Positions 11,441-23,377 of a DNA stretch of 64,000 bases are shown one piece after another; position 1 is the first letter of the stretch; each line of letters opens with the position of its first letter. The translations under genes were made by a program, and so were the position numbers. The DNA comes from Escherichia coli (GTDB lineage: Bacteria > Pseudomonadota > Gammaproteobacteria > Enterobacterales > Enterobacteriaceae), in the NCBI RefSeq assembly GCF_044647545.1, contig NZ_CP172818.1. One strand, 5' to 3'. The notes beneath the pieces were generated by a model. The model was not told the origin of the DNA. It made no database searches and saw only the letters and a program-made list of their open reading frames with translations.

Positions 11441-12226
11441 TTAGCGCACTAAATAACCGCCATCGACCACTAATAAATGCCCGTTAACATAATTTGAAGC
11501 CGGACTTGCGAGGAAGACGGCTGCGCCCATTAAATCCTGTGTATCGCCCCAACGGTTTGCCGGAATATGATCAAGAACGCGCTGATTAGTTTCAGGATTA
11601 CTGCGTGTCGCCAGCGTAATATCTGTTGCATAATAACCTGGAGCAATACCATTTACCTGAATATTATATTGACCTAGTTCATCACAATAAGCTTTGGTGA
11701 ATCCAGCAAGAGCATGTTTAGTTGCAGAATATGCAGGTGACCATTGTCCACCTAAGTAAGAGAACAATGAACAGATATTAATAATTTTACCGCTTTTCTG
11801 CGGGATCATAATTTTTGCCGCTTCGTAGCTTAACTCGAATGCGGCGGTCAGGTTCACATCAATCATCGGGTCCCAGTCGGCACGACCGAAGTCCAGCACC
11901 TTATTCAGCTTACAAATACCGGCATTGTTAACCAGAATATCTACGGTACCGAAGCGCTCACAGCAGGCAGCGATAATCTTCTGCGGCGCGCCTTCTGCGG
12001 TGATATCCACCTGCATAAAATCAACTTCGACACCCTGTTTTTCAATCATTTCCTTTGTTTCGCCGTTATCTTTGACGAAGCTAGGGATAAAGACATTTGC
12101 GCCAGCTTTGGCCAACGCCATGGCAAATGCCTGGCCTAAACCGCTATTCCCGCCGGTAACAATTGCTGTTTTACCTTTCAGGGAGAAAAAATCCATTGAG
12201 AACGCATTGAGAGATTCGATTGACAT
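11441..12226 (-). CDS. ygcW: short-chain dehydrogenase/reductase (SDR)
   Basis: ORF track 11441-12301; likely start MSIESLNAF...; TGGNSGLG cofactor motif and Y..K catalytic pair. Confidence 0.85.
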   Translation of the reverse strand: MSIESLNAFSMDFFSLKGKTAIVTGGNSGLGQAFAMALAKAGANVFIPSFVKDNGETKEMIEKQGVEVDFMQVDITAEGAPQKIIAACCERFGTVDILVNNAGICKLNKVLDFGRADWDPMIDVNLTAAFELSYEAAKIMIPQKSGKIINICSLFSYLGGQWSPAYSATKHALAGFTKAYCDELGQYNIQVNGIAPGYYATDITLATRSNPETNQRVLDHIPANRWGDTQDLMGAAVFLASPASNYVNGHLLVVDGGYLVR

Positions 12227-12544
12227 AGTTAGCTCCAATTTCCGTAAGGCAAAAAAAAAGAAAGGTAACTTCCCCCGCGAGAGGGAAGTTACCTTTCTCA
12301 TTATCTCTGGTAACTGGAGATAATTTTTAGCATAAGGGCATAAGCGCTAATGTGATCGTAATCACAGTGTGATATTCGTATTATCAAATAATTTTAAAAA
12401 GCAGAAGCGTGACTACTCTCACACAACACCACTGCTTTCCATGTTATTTCTTATTGCAATTACTAGAGACCTGAGAAAAGTAATCCACCTGAAAGGGCGG
12501 CTTACTTTTCTCTTTTTTTTGTCTATTACAAATGGGAATACGAT

Positions 12545-13822
12545 ATGCAACACAACTCATATCGCCGTTGGATAACCCTCGCGATAATTAGTTTTAGCGG
12601 CGGCGTTAGTTTCGACCTGGCTTATTTACGTTATATTTATCAAATTCCCATGGCGAAATTTATGGGATTCAGCAATACCGAGATAGGTTTAATAATGAGT
12701 ACCTTTGGTATTGCAGCTATTATTCTTTATGCGCCCAGTGGCGTTATTGCCGATAAATTCTCACATCGCAAAATGATTACTTCCGCGATGATCATTACCG
12801 GATTACTGGGTCTGTTAATGGCAACTTATCCACCGCTGTGGGTAATGCTCTGTATTCAGGTCGCCTTTGCGATAACGACGATTTTAATGCTGTGGTCGGT
12901 GTCGATTAAAGCCGCATCGTTGCTGGGCGATCATAGCGAGCAAGGGAAAATTATGGGCTGGATGGAAGGGCTGCGCGGCGTCGGTGTAATGTCGCTGGCG
13001 GTGTTTACCATGTGGGTCTTTTCTCGCTTTGCACCGGATGACAGCGCCAGCCTGAAAACGGTCATTATCATCTATAGTGTGGTTTACATCTTGTTGGGGA
13101 TTCTGTGCTGGTTTTTTGTTAGCGATAACAACAACCTGCGCAGTGCCAATAACGAAGAAAAACAATCATTCCAGCTTAGCGACATCCTGGCTGTTTTGCG
13201 CATCAGCACCACCTGGTATTGCAGCATGGTGATTTTTGGCGTCTTCACCATCTACGCCATTCTGAGTTACTCCACCAACTATCTCACCGAAATGTACGGC
13301 ATGTCGCTGGTGGCGGCGAGCTACATGGGGATTGTGATCAACAAAATATTCCGCGCGCTGTGTGGTCCACTTGGCGGCATTATCACCACCTACAGTAAAG
13401 TGAAATCCCCTACCCGCGTAATTCAAATCCTTTCCATCATCGGCCTGCTGGCACTGACTGCCCTGCTTGTTACCAACTCTAACCCGCAATCGGTCGCTAT
13501 GGGGATTGGCCTGATTTTACTACTGGGATTCACCTGCTACGCCTCACGTGGACTGTACTGGGCCTGCCCCGGCGAAGCGAGAACACCGTCTTACATTATG
13601 GGCACCACGGTAGGTATTTGTTCGGTGATTGGATTCCTGCCGGATGTCTTCGTTTACCCGATTATCGGCCACTGGCAAGACACCCTGCCCGCTGCAGAAG
13701 CCTACCGCAACATGTGGCTAATGGGCATGGCCGCGCTTGCCATGGTGATCATCTTTACCTTTTTGCTGTTCCAAAAAATTCGTACTGCTGATAGCGCCCC
13801 CGCAATGGCTAGCAGCAAGTAA
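12545..13822 (+). CDS. yqcE: MFS transporter
   Basis: 425-aa ORF, very hydrophobic with about 12 predicted TM segments. Confidence 0.85.
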   Translation: MQHNSYRRWITLAIISFSGGVSFDLAYLRYIYQIPMAKFMGFSNTEIGLIMSTFGIAAIILYAPSGVIADKFSHRKMITSAMIITGLLGLLMATYPPLWVMLCIQVAFAITTILMLWSVSIKAASLLGDHSEQGKIMGWMEGLRGVGVMSLAVFTMWVFSRFAPDDSASLKTVIIIYSVVYILLGILCWFFVSDNNNLRSANNEEKQSFQLSDILAVLRISTTWYCSMVIFGVFTIYAILSYSTNYLTEMYGMSLVAASYMGIVINKIFRALCGPLGGIITTYSKVKSPTRVIQILSIIGLLALTALLVTNSNPQSVAMGIGLILLLGFTCYASRGLYWACPGEARTPSYIMGTTVGICSVIGFLPDVFVYPIIGHWQDTLPAAEAYRNMWLMGMAALAMVIIFTFLLFQKIRTADSAPAMASSK

Positions 13823-13848
13823 GCCAGGAAAATTACAGGAGAAAAATC

Positions 13849-15327
13849 ATGTCGAAAAAATACATCATAGGGATTGATGGCGGAAGTCAGAGCACAAAAG
13901 TGGTGATGTACGATCTGGAAGGTAATGTGGTTTGCGAAGGCAAAGGCTTATTGCAGCCGATGCACACGCCAGATGCCGATACCGCAGAACATCCTGACGA
14001 CGATTTATGGGCATCATTATGTTTTGCCGGTCACGATTTGATGAGTCAGTTTGCCGGAAATAAAGAAGATATTGTCGGTATTGGTCTGGGATCCATCCGT
14101 TGCTGCCGTGCGTTATTGAAAGCCGATGGCACGCCAGCTGCGCCGTTGATTAGCTGGCAGGATGCACGCGTTACACGCCCTTACGAACATACGAATCCTG
14201 ACGTGGCATATGTCACCTCTTTTTCAGGTTATCTGACGCATCGCTTAACCGGCGAGTTTAAAGACAATATCGCCAACTATTTTGGTCAGTGGCCGGTGGA
14301 TTATAAGACCTGGGCATGGAGTGAAGATGCCGCAGTCATGGAGAAGTTTAATATCCCCCGTCATATGCTGTTTGATGTGCAAATGCCGGGCACTGTTCTT
14401 GGGCATATCACTCCTCAAGCCGCGCTGGCGACACATTTCCCAGCTGGGCTGCCGGTTGTTTGTACCACCAGTGATAAACCGGTAGAAGCTCTGGGAGCCG
14501 GATTACTGGATGATGAAACGGCGGTGATTTCTCTTGGCACCTACATCGCGCTGATGATGAACGGTAAAGCACTGCCGAAAGATCCGGTGGCGTACTGGCC
14601 GATTATGTCTTCTATTCCGCAAACATTGCTGTATGAAGGTTACGGTATTCGCAAAGGCATGTGGACGGTGAGCTGGCTGCGCGACATGTTAGGCGAGTCG
14701 TTAATTCAGGATGCCAAAGCACAGGATCTTTCACCGGAAGATTTGCTCAACAAAAAAGCGTCTTGTGTGCCGCCTGGCTGTAATGGTCTGATGACGGTGC
14801 TGGACTGGCTGACCAATCCGTGGGAACCATACAAACGCGGGATTATGATCGGCTTTGATTCCAGCATGGATTACGCATGGATATATCGTTCGATACTGGA
14901 AAGCGTGGCGCTGACGCTGAAGAACAATTACGACAATATGTGTAATGAAATGAATCACTTTGCAAAGCATGTGATCATTACTGGCGGCGGTTCGAACAGC
15001 GATCTGTTTATGCAGATTTTTGCCGACGTGTTCAACCTTCCGGCACGCCGTAACGCCATTAATGGTTGTGCAAGTCTGGGGGCAGCGATCAATACGGCGG
15101 TAGGTCTGGGGCTATACCCGGATTACGCAACGGCTGTCGACAAAATGGTTCGCGTGAAAGATATCTTTATGCCTGTTGAGAGCAACGCCAAACGCTACGA
15201 CGCGATGAATAAAGGCATTTTCAAAGACCTAACCAAGCACACTGATGTGATCCTGAAAAAATCGTATGAAGTGATGCATGGTGAGCTGGGGAATGAAGAT
15301 TCGATCCAGAGCTGGTCGAATGCGTAA
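13849..15327 (+). CDS. ygcE: FGGY-family carbohydrate kinase
   Basis: 492-aa ORF; N-terminal IGIDGGSQSTKVV sugar-kinase motif. Confidence 0.85.
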   Translation: MSKKYIIGIDGGSQSTKVVMYDLEGNVVCEGKGLLQPMHTPDADTAEHPDDDLWASLCFAGHDLMSQFAGNKEDIVGIGLGSIRCCRALLKADGTPAAPLISWQDARVTRPYEHTNPDVAYVTSFSGYLTHRLTGEFKDNIANYFGQWPVDYKTWAWSEDAAVMEKFNIPRHMLFDVQMPGTVLGHITPQAALATHFPAGLPVVCTTSDKPVEALGAGLLDDETAVISLGTYIALMMNGKALPKDPVAYWPIMSSIPQTLLYEGYGIRKGMWTVSWLRDMLGESLIQDAKAQDLSPEDLLNKKASCVPPGCNGLMTVLDWLTNPWEPYKRGIMIGFDSSMDYAWIYRSILESVALTLKNNYDNMCNEMNHFAKHVIITGGGSNSDLFMQIFADVFNLPARRNAINGCASLGAAINTAVGLGLYPDYATAVDKMVRVKDIFMPVESNAKRYDAMNKGIFKDLTKHTDVILKKSYEVMHGELGNEDSIQSWSNA

Positions 15328-15373
15328 GTGAGGAAGACCGGGCGGGAAACTGCCCGGCCTGAACATACCTGAA

Positions 15374-15510
15374 TGGTTATCCCCGCTGACGCGGGGAACA
15401 TAAGTTCGACAACTTAAAAAATGATAACAAGTCCGGTTTATCCCCGCTGATGCAGGGAACATAATAAAAACTTTAACTAGTTCGTTTATCCCTGTTGTTA
15501 CAAGGAATAT
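15374..15510 (-). CRISPR. Decayed CRISPR remnant: three degenerate type I-E repeats
   Basis: tggttatccccgctgacgcggggaacat (15374-15401), cggtttatccccgctgatgcagggaacat (15434-15462) and tcgtttatccctgttgttacaaggaatat (15482-15510) are mutated copies of the downstream repeat. Confidence 0.7.
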
Positions 15511-15964
15511 TAACTACACTCGATGTCTTTAGAATAAAAGACAATACGAATCGCACTTTATCAATTTTCACTTAAAGTATGAACTGGATATCTTTATTCA
15601 TAAGAACTATTCATCAACAGCGTATAGAGGCGGTTATGTAAAACCACTCATTAGCCTCAAAACAAAGACAAACTTCCAGATTTATTACTTAATCAATGAA
15701 TAACAAGCTTAAAAAATACACTGTTATTCTAAAGAAAAAATTAACAGGCATTAATTAATATTAAAAAAAATAATATATTAAAATTTCTTAACGGTTTAAG
15801 GATTATACAAATAACACTTTGATTAAATTTGATTTTTTGTATCGATAATTGTGAACTTATCTGGCATGGAGAACTATTTTGAACATGAGGTGTTATGTGG
15901 ATATGTTGCTTATTACAAGTACAGCTAATATAAAAACTTGAGAAAGAGATAACGGGTTATATGG
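15511..15964. other. AT-rich non-coding spacer between the CRISPR remnant and the intact array (possible fossil leader)
   Basis: No credible ORFs; strongly AT-rich; sits on the leader side of the degenerate repeats by analogy with the intact array. Confidence 0.4.
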
Positions 15965-16367
15965 TGGTTCATCCCCGCTGGCGCGGGGAACACGTCTTTT
16001 TGACCGGCCGGTAAATCGTCTGCCTGCGGTTTATCCCCGCTGGCGCGGGGAACACAAACCATTCTCGCAATCAAGGACTATTCCTAGACGGTTTATCCCC
16101 GCTGGCGCGGGGAACACGGTCGCAGGGAATACAAAGCCGTGCATCCTGCTCGGTTTATCCCCGCTGGCGCGGGGAACACTGGCTCTGCAACAGCAGCACT
16201 ATGACCCCGTCGGTTTATCCCCGCTGGCGCGGGGAACACGAAAAGCTTATGATCGTTAATGCCGCAAACACCGGTTTATCCCCGCTGGCGCGGGGAACAC
16301 ATTACACCTATGTGCGAGCGCCCGGTTTTTGCCGCTAGCGGTTTATCCCCGCTGGCGCGGGGAACAC
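15965..16367 (-). CRISPR. Type I-E CRISPR array, 7 repeats and 6 spacers, no adjacent cas genes
   Basis: Repeat cggtttatccccgctggcgcggggaacac (29 bp) at 16027, 16089, 16151, 16211, 16272 and 16339, plus a degenerate terminal copy at about 15965; spacers 31-38 bp; orientation inferred from the AT-rich leader on the high-coordinate side. Confidence 0.95.
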
Positions 16368-16600
16368 TCTAAACATAACCTATTATTAATTAATGATTTT
16401 TTAAGCCAGTCACAATCTACCAACTTTATAGTATCACACAAACAACACATCCATTATGTTAAAGAGCACTTAATCCATTGATTAAAAAGGTAAATATTTA
16501 AAATAACTCTATACAAACTAAAATCTACCAAACTTTACCGCAATAATTTTCACTCCAGCGAAAAATTAACGCCACAGAATTTGTAGAGAATGATAATGAT
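16368..16600 (-). promoter_or_regulatory. Putative CRISPR leader (AT-rich, promoter-containing)
   Basis: AT-rich ORF-free stretch directly abutting the best-conserved repeat; the degenerate repeat lies at the opposite end of the array. Confidence 0.6.
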
Positions 16601-16706
16601 TAGTTCAGGATGGGCAAGATGGATGAGTTTTCAGAGGCGACAAACAATATAAATGAGTAGAAGTCTTTACAGGTTCCACCCATTTATAACGCTTATAAAT
16701 GTTTAA

Positions 16707-17378
16707 TCAGGCAATATTTAGATATTTATGTGTTTGCATCGACAAACGCCAATTACGCGCAATGCAGGTTTCAATGCACAAACGTGTGGCATCATCCTTT
16801 TGGCTAATCGGCTGCAGTGCAATGACTCGCGGTTTATCATCGGTCAGCGTTGCCAGTAGTTCATCCAGTGCTTCAATATCACGTACGCGCCCCACTGGAT
16901 GCTTGATTTCGTTGGCTCGCTCCAGTGCCTGTGACAACACTTCATAGCCGCCGCGCATGTTCAACTTTGGTGATACGGTAACCCAGGTATTCGGTGTGCA
17001 GCGTACCTCATGAGTACCACTGGTTTCGATCTGGCAGCTAAAACCGTTCTTTTCGAGCAGATCAGTCAGTGGCAGCAAATCATGAATGCAAGGCTCACCA
17101 CCCGTAATCACCACATGCCGTGCGGTGTATCCCTGGCGACCAATGACAGCCAGCAAATCTTCACTGCTCGCAGCCCCCCACTTATCACTCTCTTTGGTCT
17201 TCGCCAGAATGCTGAAAAGGGAGACTTCCCGATCCTCAAGCTTTTCCCAGGTGTGTTTGGTGTCGCACCAGGCACAGCCAACCGGGCATCCCTGTAAACG
17301 AATAAAAATGGCGGGGACGCCGGTAAAGTAACCCTCACCTTGCAGGGTCTGGAACATCTCGTTAATCGGGTACTGCAT
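16707..17378 (-). CDS. queE: 7-carboxy-7-deazaguanine synthase (radical SAM)
   Basis: 223-aa ORF; CxxxCxxC-like radical-SAM motif (QGCPVGCAWCDTKH) near the N-terminus. Confidence 0.9.
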   Translation of the reverse strand: MQYPINEMFQTLQGEGYFTGVPAIFIRLQGCPVGCAWCDTKHTWEKLEDREVSLFSILAKTKESDKWGAASSEDLLAVIGRQGYTARHVVITGGEPCIHDLLPLTDLLEKNGFSCQIETSGTHEVRCTPNTWVTVSPKLNMRGGYEVLSQALERANEIKHPVGRVRDIEALDELLATLTDDKPRVIALQPISQKDDATRLCIETCIARNWRLSMQTHKYLNIA

Positions 17379-17671
17379 AGCATTCTCTGTGAAGTGGATA
17401 ATTGTTAATTATTGCAGATCCTGCCACAACAATCATGTCTTATTAACATTCTGTTACAGGCAGGTTTAAAGAAAAATGAGAAACAGATCGTTAATAATAA
17501 AAGGAAGTAACGTATTATGTCAGAAATAAATAAAGTAAAGGGATTTAATCATGTCAAAAACATTCACCGAAATTATACTTATTTTTTCTGTGTTCGTTTT
17601 TAATTATAACGAATCTCAAATTACCGGTGCCGCCGTCAATTTATTTATCCAGCTTTAATGGGACATTTATA

Positions 17672-18544
17672 ATGCGCTATTTCATACTAATATTCACATT
17701 CGTGTGTTCCTTTGTTGCAGCCCAACCAACTATTGTCCCACAATTACAGCAACAAGTTACGGATCTTACGAGTAGCTTAAACTCACAAGAAAAGAAAGAA
17801 CTGACGCGGAAGTTAGAATCTATTTTCAATAATACCCAAGTACAAATTGCTGTATTAATTATTCCCACAACCAAAGACGAGACAATTGAACAATATGCTA
17901 CAAGGGTTTTTAACAATTGGCGTTTAGGAGATGCCAAACGCAATGATGGGATACTGATCATTGTTGCCTGGTCGGATCGCACTGTCCGCATCCAGGTAGG
18001 TTATGGGCTGGAAGAAAAGGTAACCGATGCTCTGGCTGGAGATATCATCCGTAGCAACATGATACCCGCATTTAAACAACAAAAATTAGCTAAGGGATTA
18101 GAGTTAGCTATAATCGCTTTGAATAACCAACTCACTTCACAACACCAATATTCGGCTAATCCTTCAGAAAGTGAATCAGCGTCTTCCAGCGATTATTACT
18201 ACTTTGCTATTTTTTGGGTATTTGCAGTGATGTTCTTCCCTTTCTGGTTTTTTCATCAAGGCAGTAATTTTTGTCGCGCATGTAAAAGCAGTGTCTGTAT
18301 TTCAGCAATCTATCTTTTAGATTTATTCCTGTTCTCCGATAAAACTTTTTCCATTGCTGTATTTTTCTTCTTTTTTACTTTCACCACCATTATGGTCTTT
18401 ACCTGTTTATGTGTACTTCAGAAAAAAGCATCTGGTAGAAGTTATCATTCAGACAACAGCGGTTCCGGTGGCGGCTCAAGTGGCGGCGGATTTAGCGGCG
18501 GGGGCGGTTCTTCTGGCGGTGGCGGCGCGTCCGGTCGCTGGTAA
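17672..18544 (+). CDS. ygcG: TPM-domain membrane protein with glycine-rich C-terminal tail
   Basis: ORF track 17627-18544; probable start MRYFILIF (signal-like); hydrophobic segments; C-terminal [28 protein letters not shown]. Confidence 0.8.
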   Translation: MRYFILIFTFVCSFVAAQPTIVPQLQQQVTDLTSSLNSQEKKELTRKLESIFNNTQVQIAVLIIPTTKDETIEQYATRVFNNWRLGDAKRNDGILIIVAWSDRTVRIQVGYGLEEKVTDALAGDIIRSNMIPAFKQQKLAKGLELAIIALNNQLTSQHQYSANPSESESASSSDYYYFAIFWVFAVMFFPFWFFHQGSNFCRACKSSVCISAIYLLDLFLFSDKTFSIAVFFFFFTFTTIMVFTCLCVLQKKASGRSYHSDNSGSGGGSSGGGFSGGGGSSGGGGASGRW

Positions 18545-18552
18545 CTCAACCA

Positions 18553-18585
18553 TAAAAAATGCCAGCCCGAAGGCTGGCATTTTTA
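18553..18585. terminator. Bidirectional rho-independent terminator shared by convergent ygcG and eno
   Basis: aaaaaat-gccagcc-cgaa-ggctggc-attttt: a GC stem flanked by an A-run and a T-run. Confidence 0.8.
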
Positions 18586-18603
18586 AATCAGATAAAGTCA
18601 GAC

Positions 18604-19917
<1,314 letters not shown>

Positions 19918-19988
19918 TCACTAGTTAAACTGAAACTCCAGACAAACAACGCGTACCCAGGGTACGCGTTGCCGTTCTAACTTTTTTC

Positions 19989-21641
<1,653 letters not shown>

Positions 21642-21853
21642 TTAGGTTGAAAAGACGATGGAATAACCAGGACGGGAAAGCAGTATACCCGAACATGACC
21701 TGTGCCACAAACTTTCATTATCCCTCCTCTTCGCCAGCGCACTATTGAAATCAGGAGTGAGAAAATAGCCCCTTTGGGGTAAATGTTTTTGACGCAAATC
21801 AAGCGCTTGTCATTTAAAAAATGACACAAATGGCGCTTGACCGCGTAATTCCC

Positions 21854-22645
21854 TTAGAGATCAATTTCCTGCCGTTTTACCTGTTGCCAGACTTCTTCCA
21901 TTGTTTCGAGGTCAACACCTGTCATTTCCAGTCCACGCGCGGCAACAATACGCTCCACTTCGCGAAAACGACGCTCGAATTTTTCGTTCGCTTTTTGCAA
22001 TGCGATTTCCGCTTTTGTCCCTAAATGACGAGCCAGATTGACCGTGGCAAACAGCAGGTCACCCATTTCCTCCTCCAGTTTAGCCTGGTCGACAACAGCC
22101 TGCTGCGCCTCGTACATCACCTCGTCGATCTCTTCGTAGACTTTATCGACTACCGGACCAAGCGTCGTCCAGTCGAAGCCAACGTTGGCGCAACGTTTCT
22201 GGATTTTTTGCGCACGCATTAAAGCCGGTAAACTACGAGGAATATCATCCAGCGCCGAATGCTGTGCTTTCTGCGCGCGTTCTTCGGTTTTGATTTGCTC
22301 CCAACGGGCGAGCACTTCACTACTGTTTTCGGCAGAACTGTCAGCAAAAACATGCGGATGGCGACGCTCTAATTTATCGCTAATAGCAGCGCAAATATCA
22401 TTAAAGTCAAAGCGCCCTTCTTCCTGAGCCATTTGTGCGTAAAACACCACCTGGAACAGCAGATCGCCCAGTTCACCGCGCAGATCGTCAAAATCTTCAC
22501 GGGCGATGGCGTCCAGCACCTCGTAGGTTTCTTCAAGGGTGTAAGGCGCAATGGTGGCAAATGTCTGCTCTTTATCCCACGGGCAGCCGTTTTCCGGATC
22601 GCGCAGGCGCTGCATAATAGTGAGCAAACGGTCGATTTGATTCAT
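21854..22645 (-). CDS. mazG: nucleoside triphosphate pyrophosphohydrolase
   Basis: 263-aa ORF recognised as MazG; directly downstream of mazF. Confidence 0.93.
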   Translation of the reverse strand: MNQIDRLLTIMQRLRDPENGCPWDKEQTFATIAPYTLEETYEVLDAIAREDFDDLRGELGDLLFQVVFYAQMAQEEGRFDFNDICAAISDKLERRHPHVFADSSAENSSEVLARWEQIKTEERAQKAQHSALDDIPRSLPALMRAQKIQKRCANVGFDWTTLGPVVDKVYEEIDEVMYEAQQAVVDQAKLEEEMGDLLFATVNLARHLGTKAEIALQKANEKFERRFREVERIVAARGLEMTGVDLETMEEVWQQVKRQEIDL

Positions 22646-22716
22646 TGAATTGTCCTGAAAATTGCGGGTCTGTCAGGTGGAAACCTGTGACCAGAATAGA
22701 AGTGAGTTAGTAACAC

Positions 22717-23052
22717 CTACCCAATCAGCACGTTAATTTTGGCTTTAATGAGTTGTAATTCCTCTGGGGCAACTGTTCCTTTCTTCGTTGCTCCTCTTGC
22801 CCGCCAGGCGATACTTTTTACCTGATCAGCTAACGCTACGCCATCACGTTCCTGACCGGATAGAACAACTTCGAACGGATATCCTTTTGATTGCGTTGTA
22901 CAAGGAACACACAGACACATACCTGTTTTGTTGTTGTACATGAACGGACTCAGGACAACAGCCGGACGATGTCCGGCTTGCTCGCTACCTTTTGTCGGGT
23001 CAAAATCAACCCAAATCAGATCGCCCGTATCGGGTACGTATCGGCTTACCAT
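22717..23052 (-). CDS. mazF: mRNA interferase toxin MazF (ACA-specific endoribonuclease)
   Basis: 111-aa ORF beginning [36 protein letters not shown]; PemK/MazF fold. Confidence 0.95.
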   Translation of the reverse strand: MVSRYVPDTGDLIWVDFDPTKGSEQAGHRPAVVLSPFMYNNKTGMCLCVPCTTQSKGYPFEVVLSGQERDGVALADQVKSIAWRARGATKKGTVAPEELQLIKAKINVLIG

Positions 23053-23300
23053 TACCAGACTTCCTTATCTTTCGGCTCCCCCCAGTCGATATTCTCGTGG
23101 AGGTTTTCCGGCGTGATGTCGTTGACCAGTTCAGCAAGCGTAAATACGGGCTCTTTACGCACTGGCTCAATAATTAATTTTCCATCCACCAGGTCAATCT
23201 TCACTTCATCATCAATATTCAGATTGAGCGCCTGCATTAACGTAGCCGGGATCCGCACTGCAGGAGAATTTCCCCAACGCTTTACGCTACTGTGGATCAT
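23052..23300 (-). CDS. mazE: antitoxin MazE
   Basis: 82-aa ORF beginning [27 protein letters not shown] (AbrB/SpoVT-like); shares its stop position with the mazF start. Confidence 0.95.
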
Positions 23301-23317
23301 AACCCTTTCCTCAAACC

Positions 23318-23366
23318 GCTATCATATGTAGATACAGTATATATCAATCTACATTGTAGATACGAA
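23318..23366 (-). promoter_or_regulatory. mazEF promoter/operator region with palindromic repeats
   Basis: tgtagatac occurs twice around an AT-rich core immediately upstream of mazE; the known autoregulatory palindrome lies here. Confidence 0.5.
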
Positions 23367-23377
23367 CAAGTTTCGGC

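Noticed and set aside
12369-12575. 68-aa ORF in the ygcW-yqcE intergenic region
   Set aside because: AT-rich promoter region, no RBS context, overlaps the yqcE start; likely spurious.
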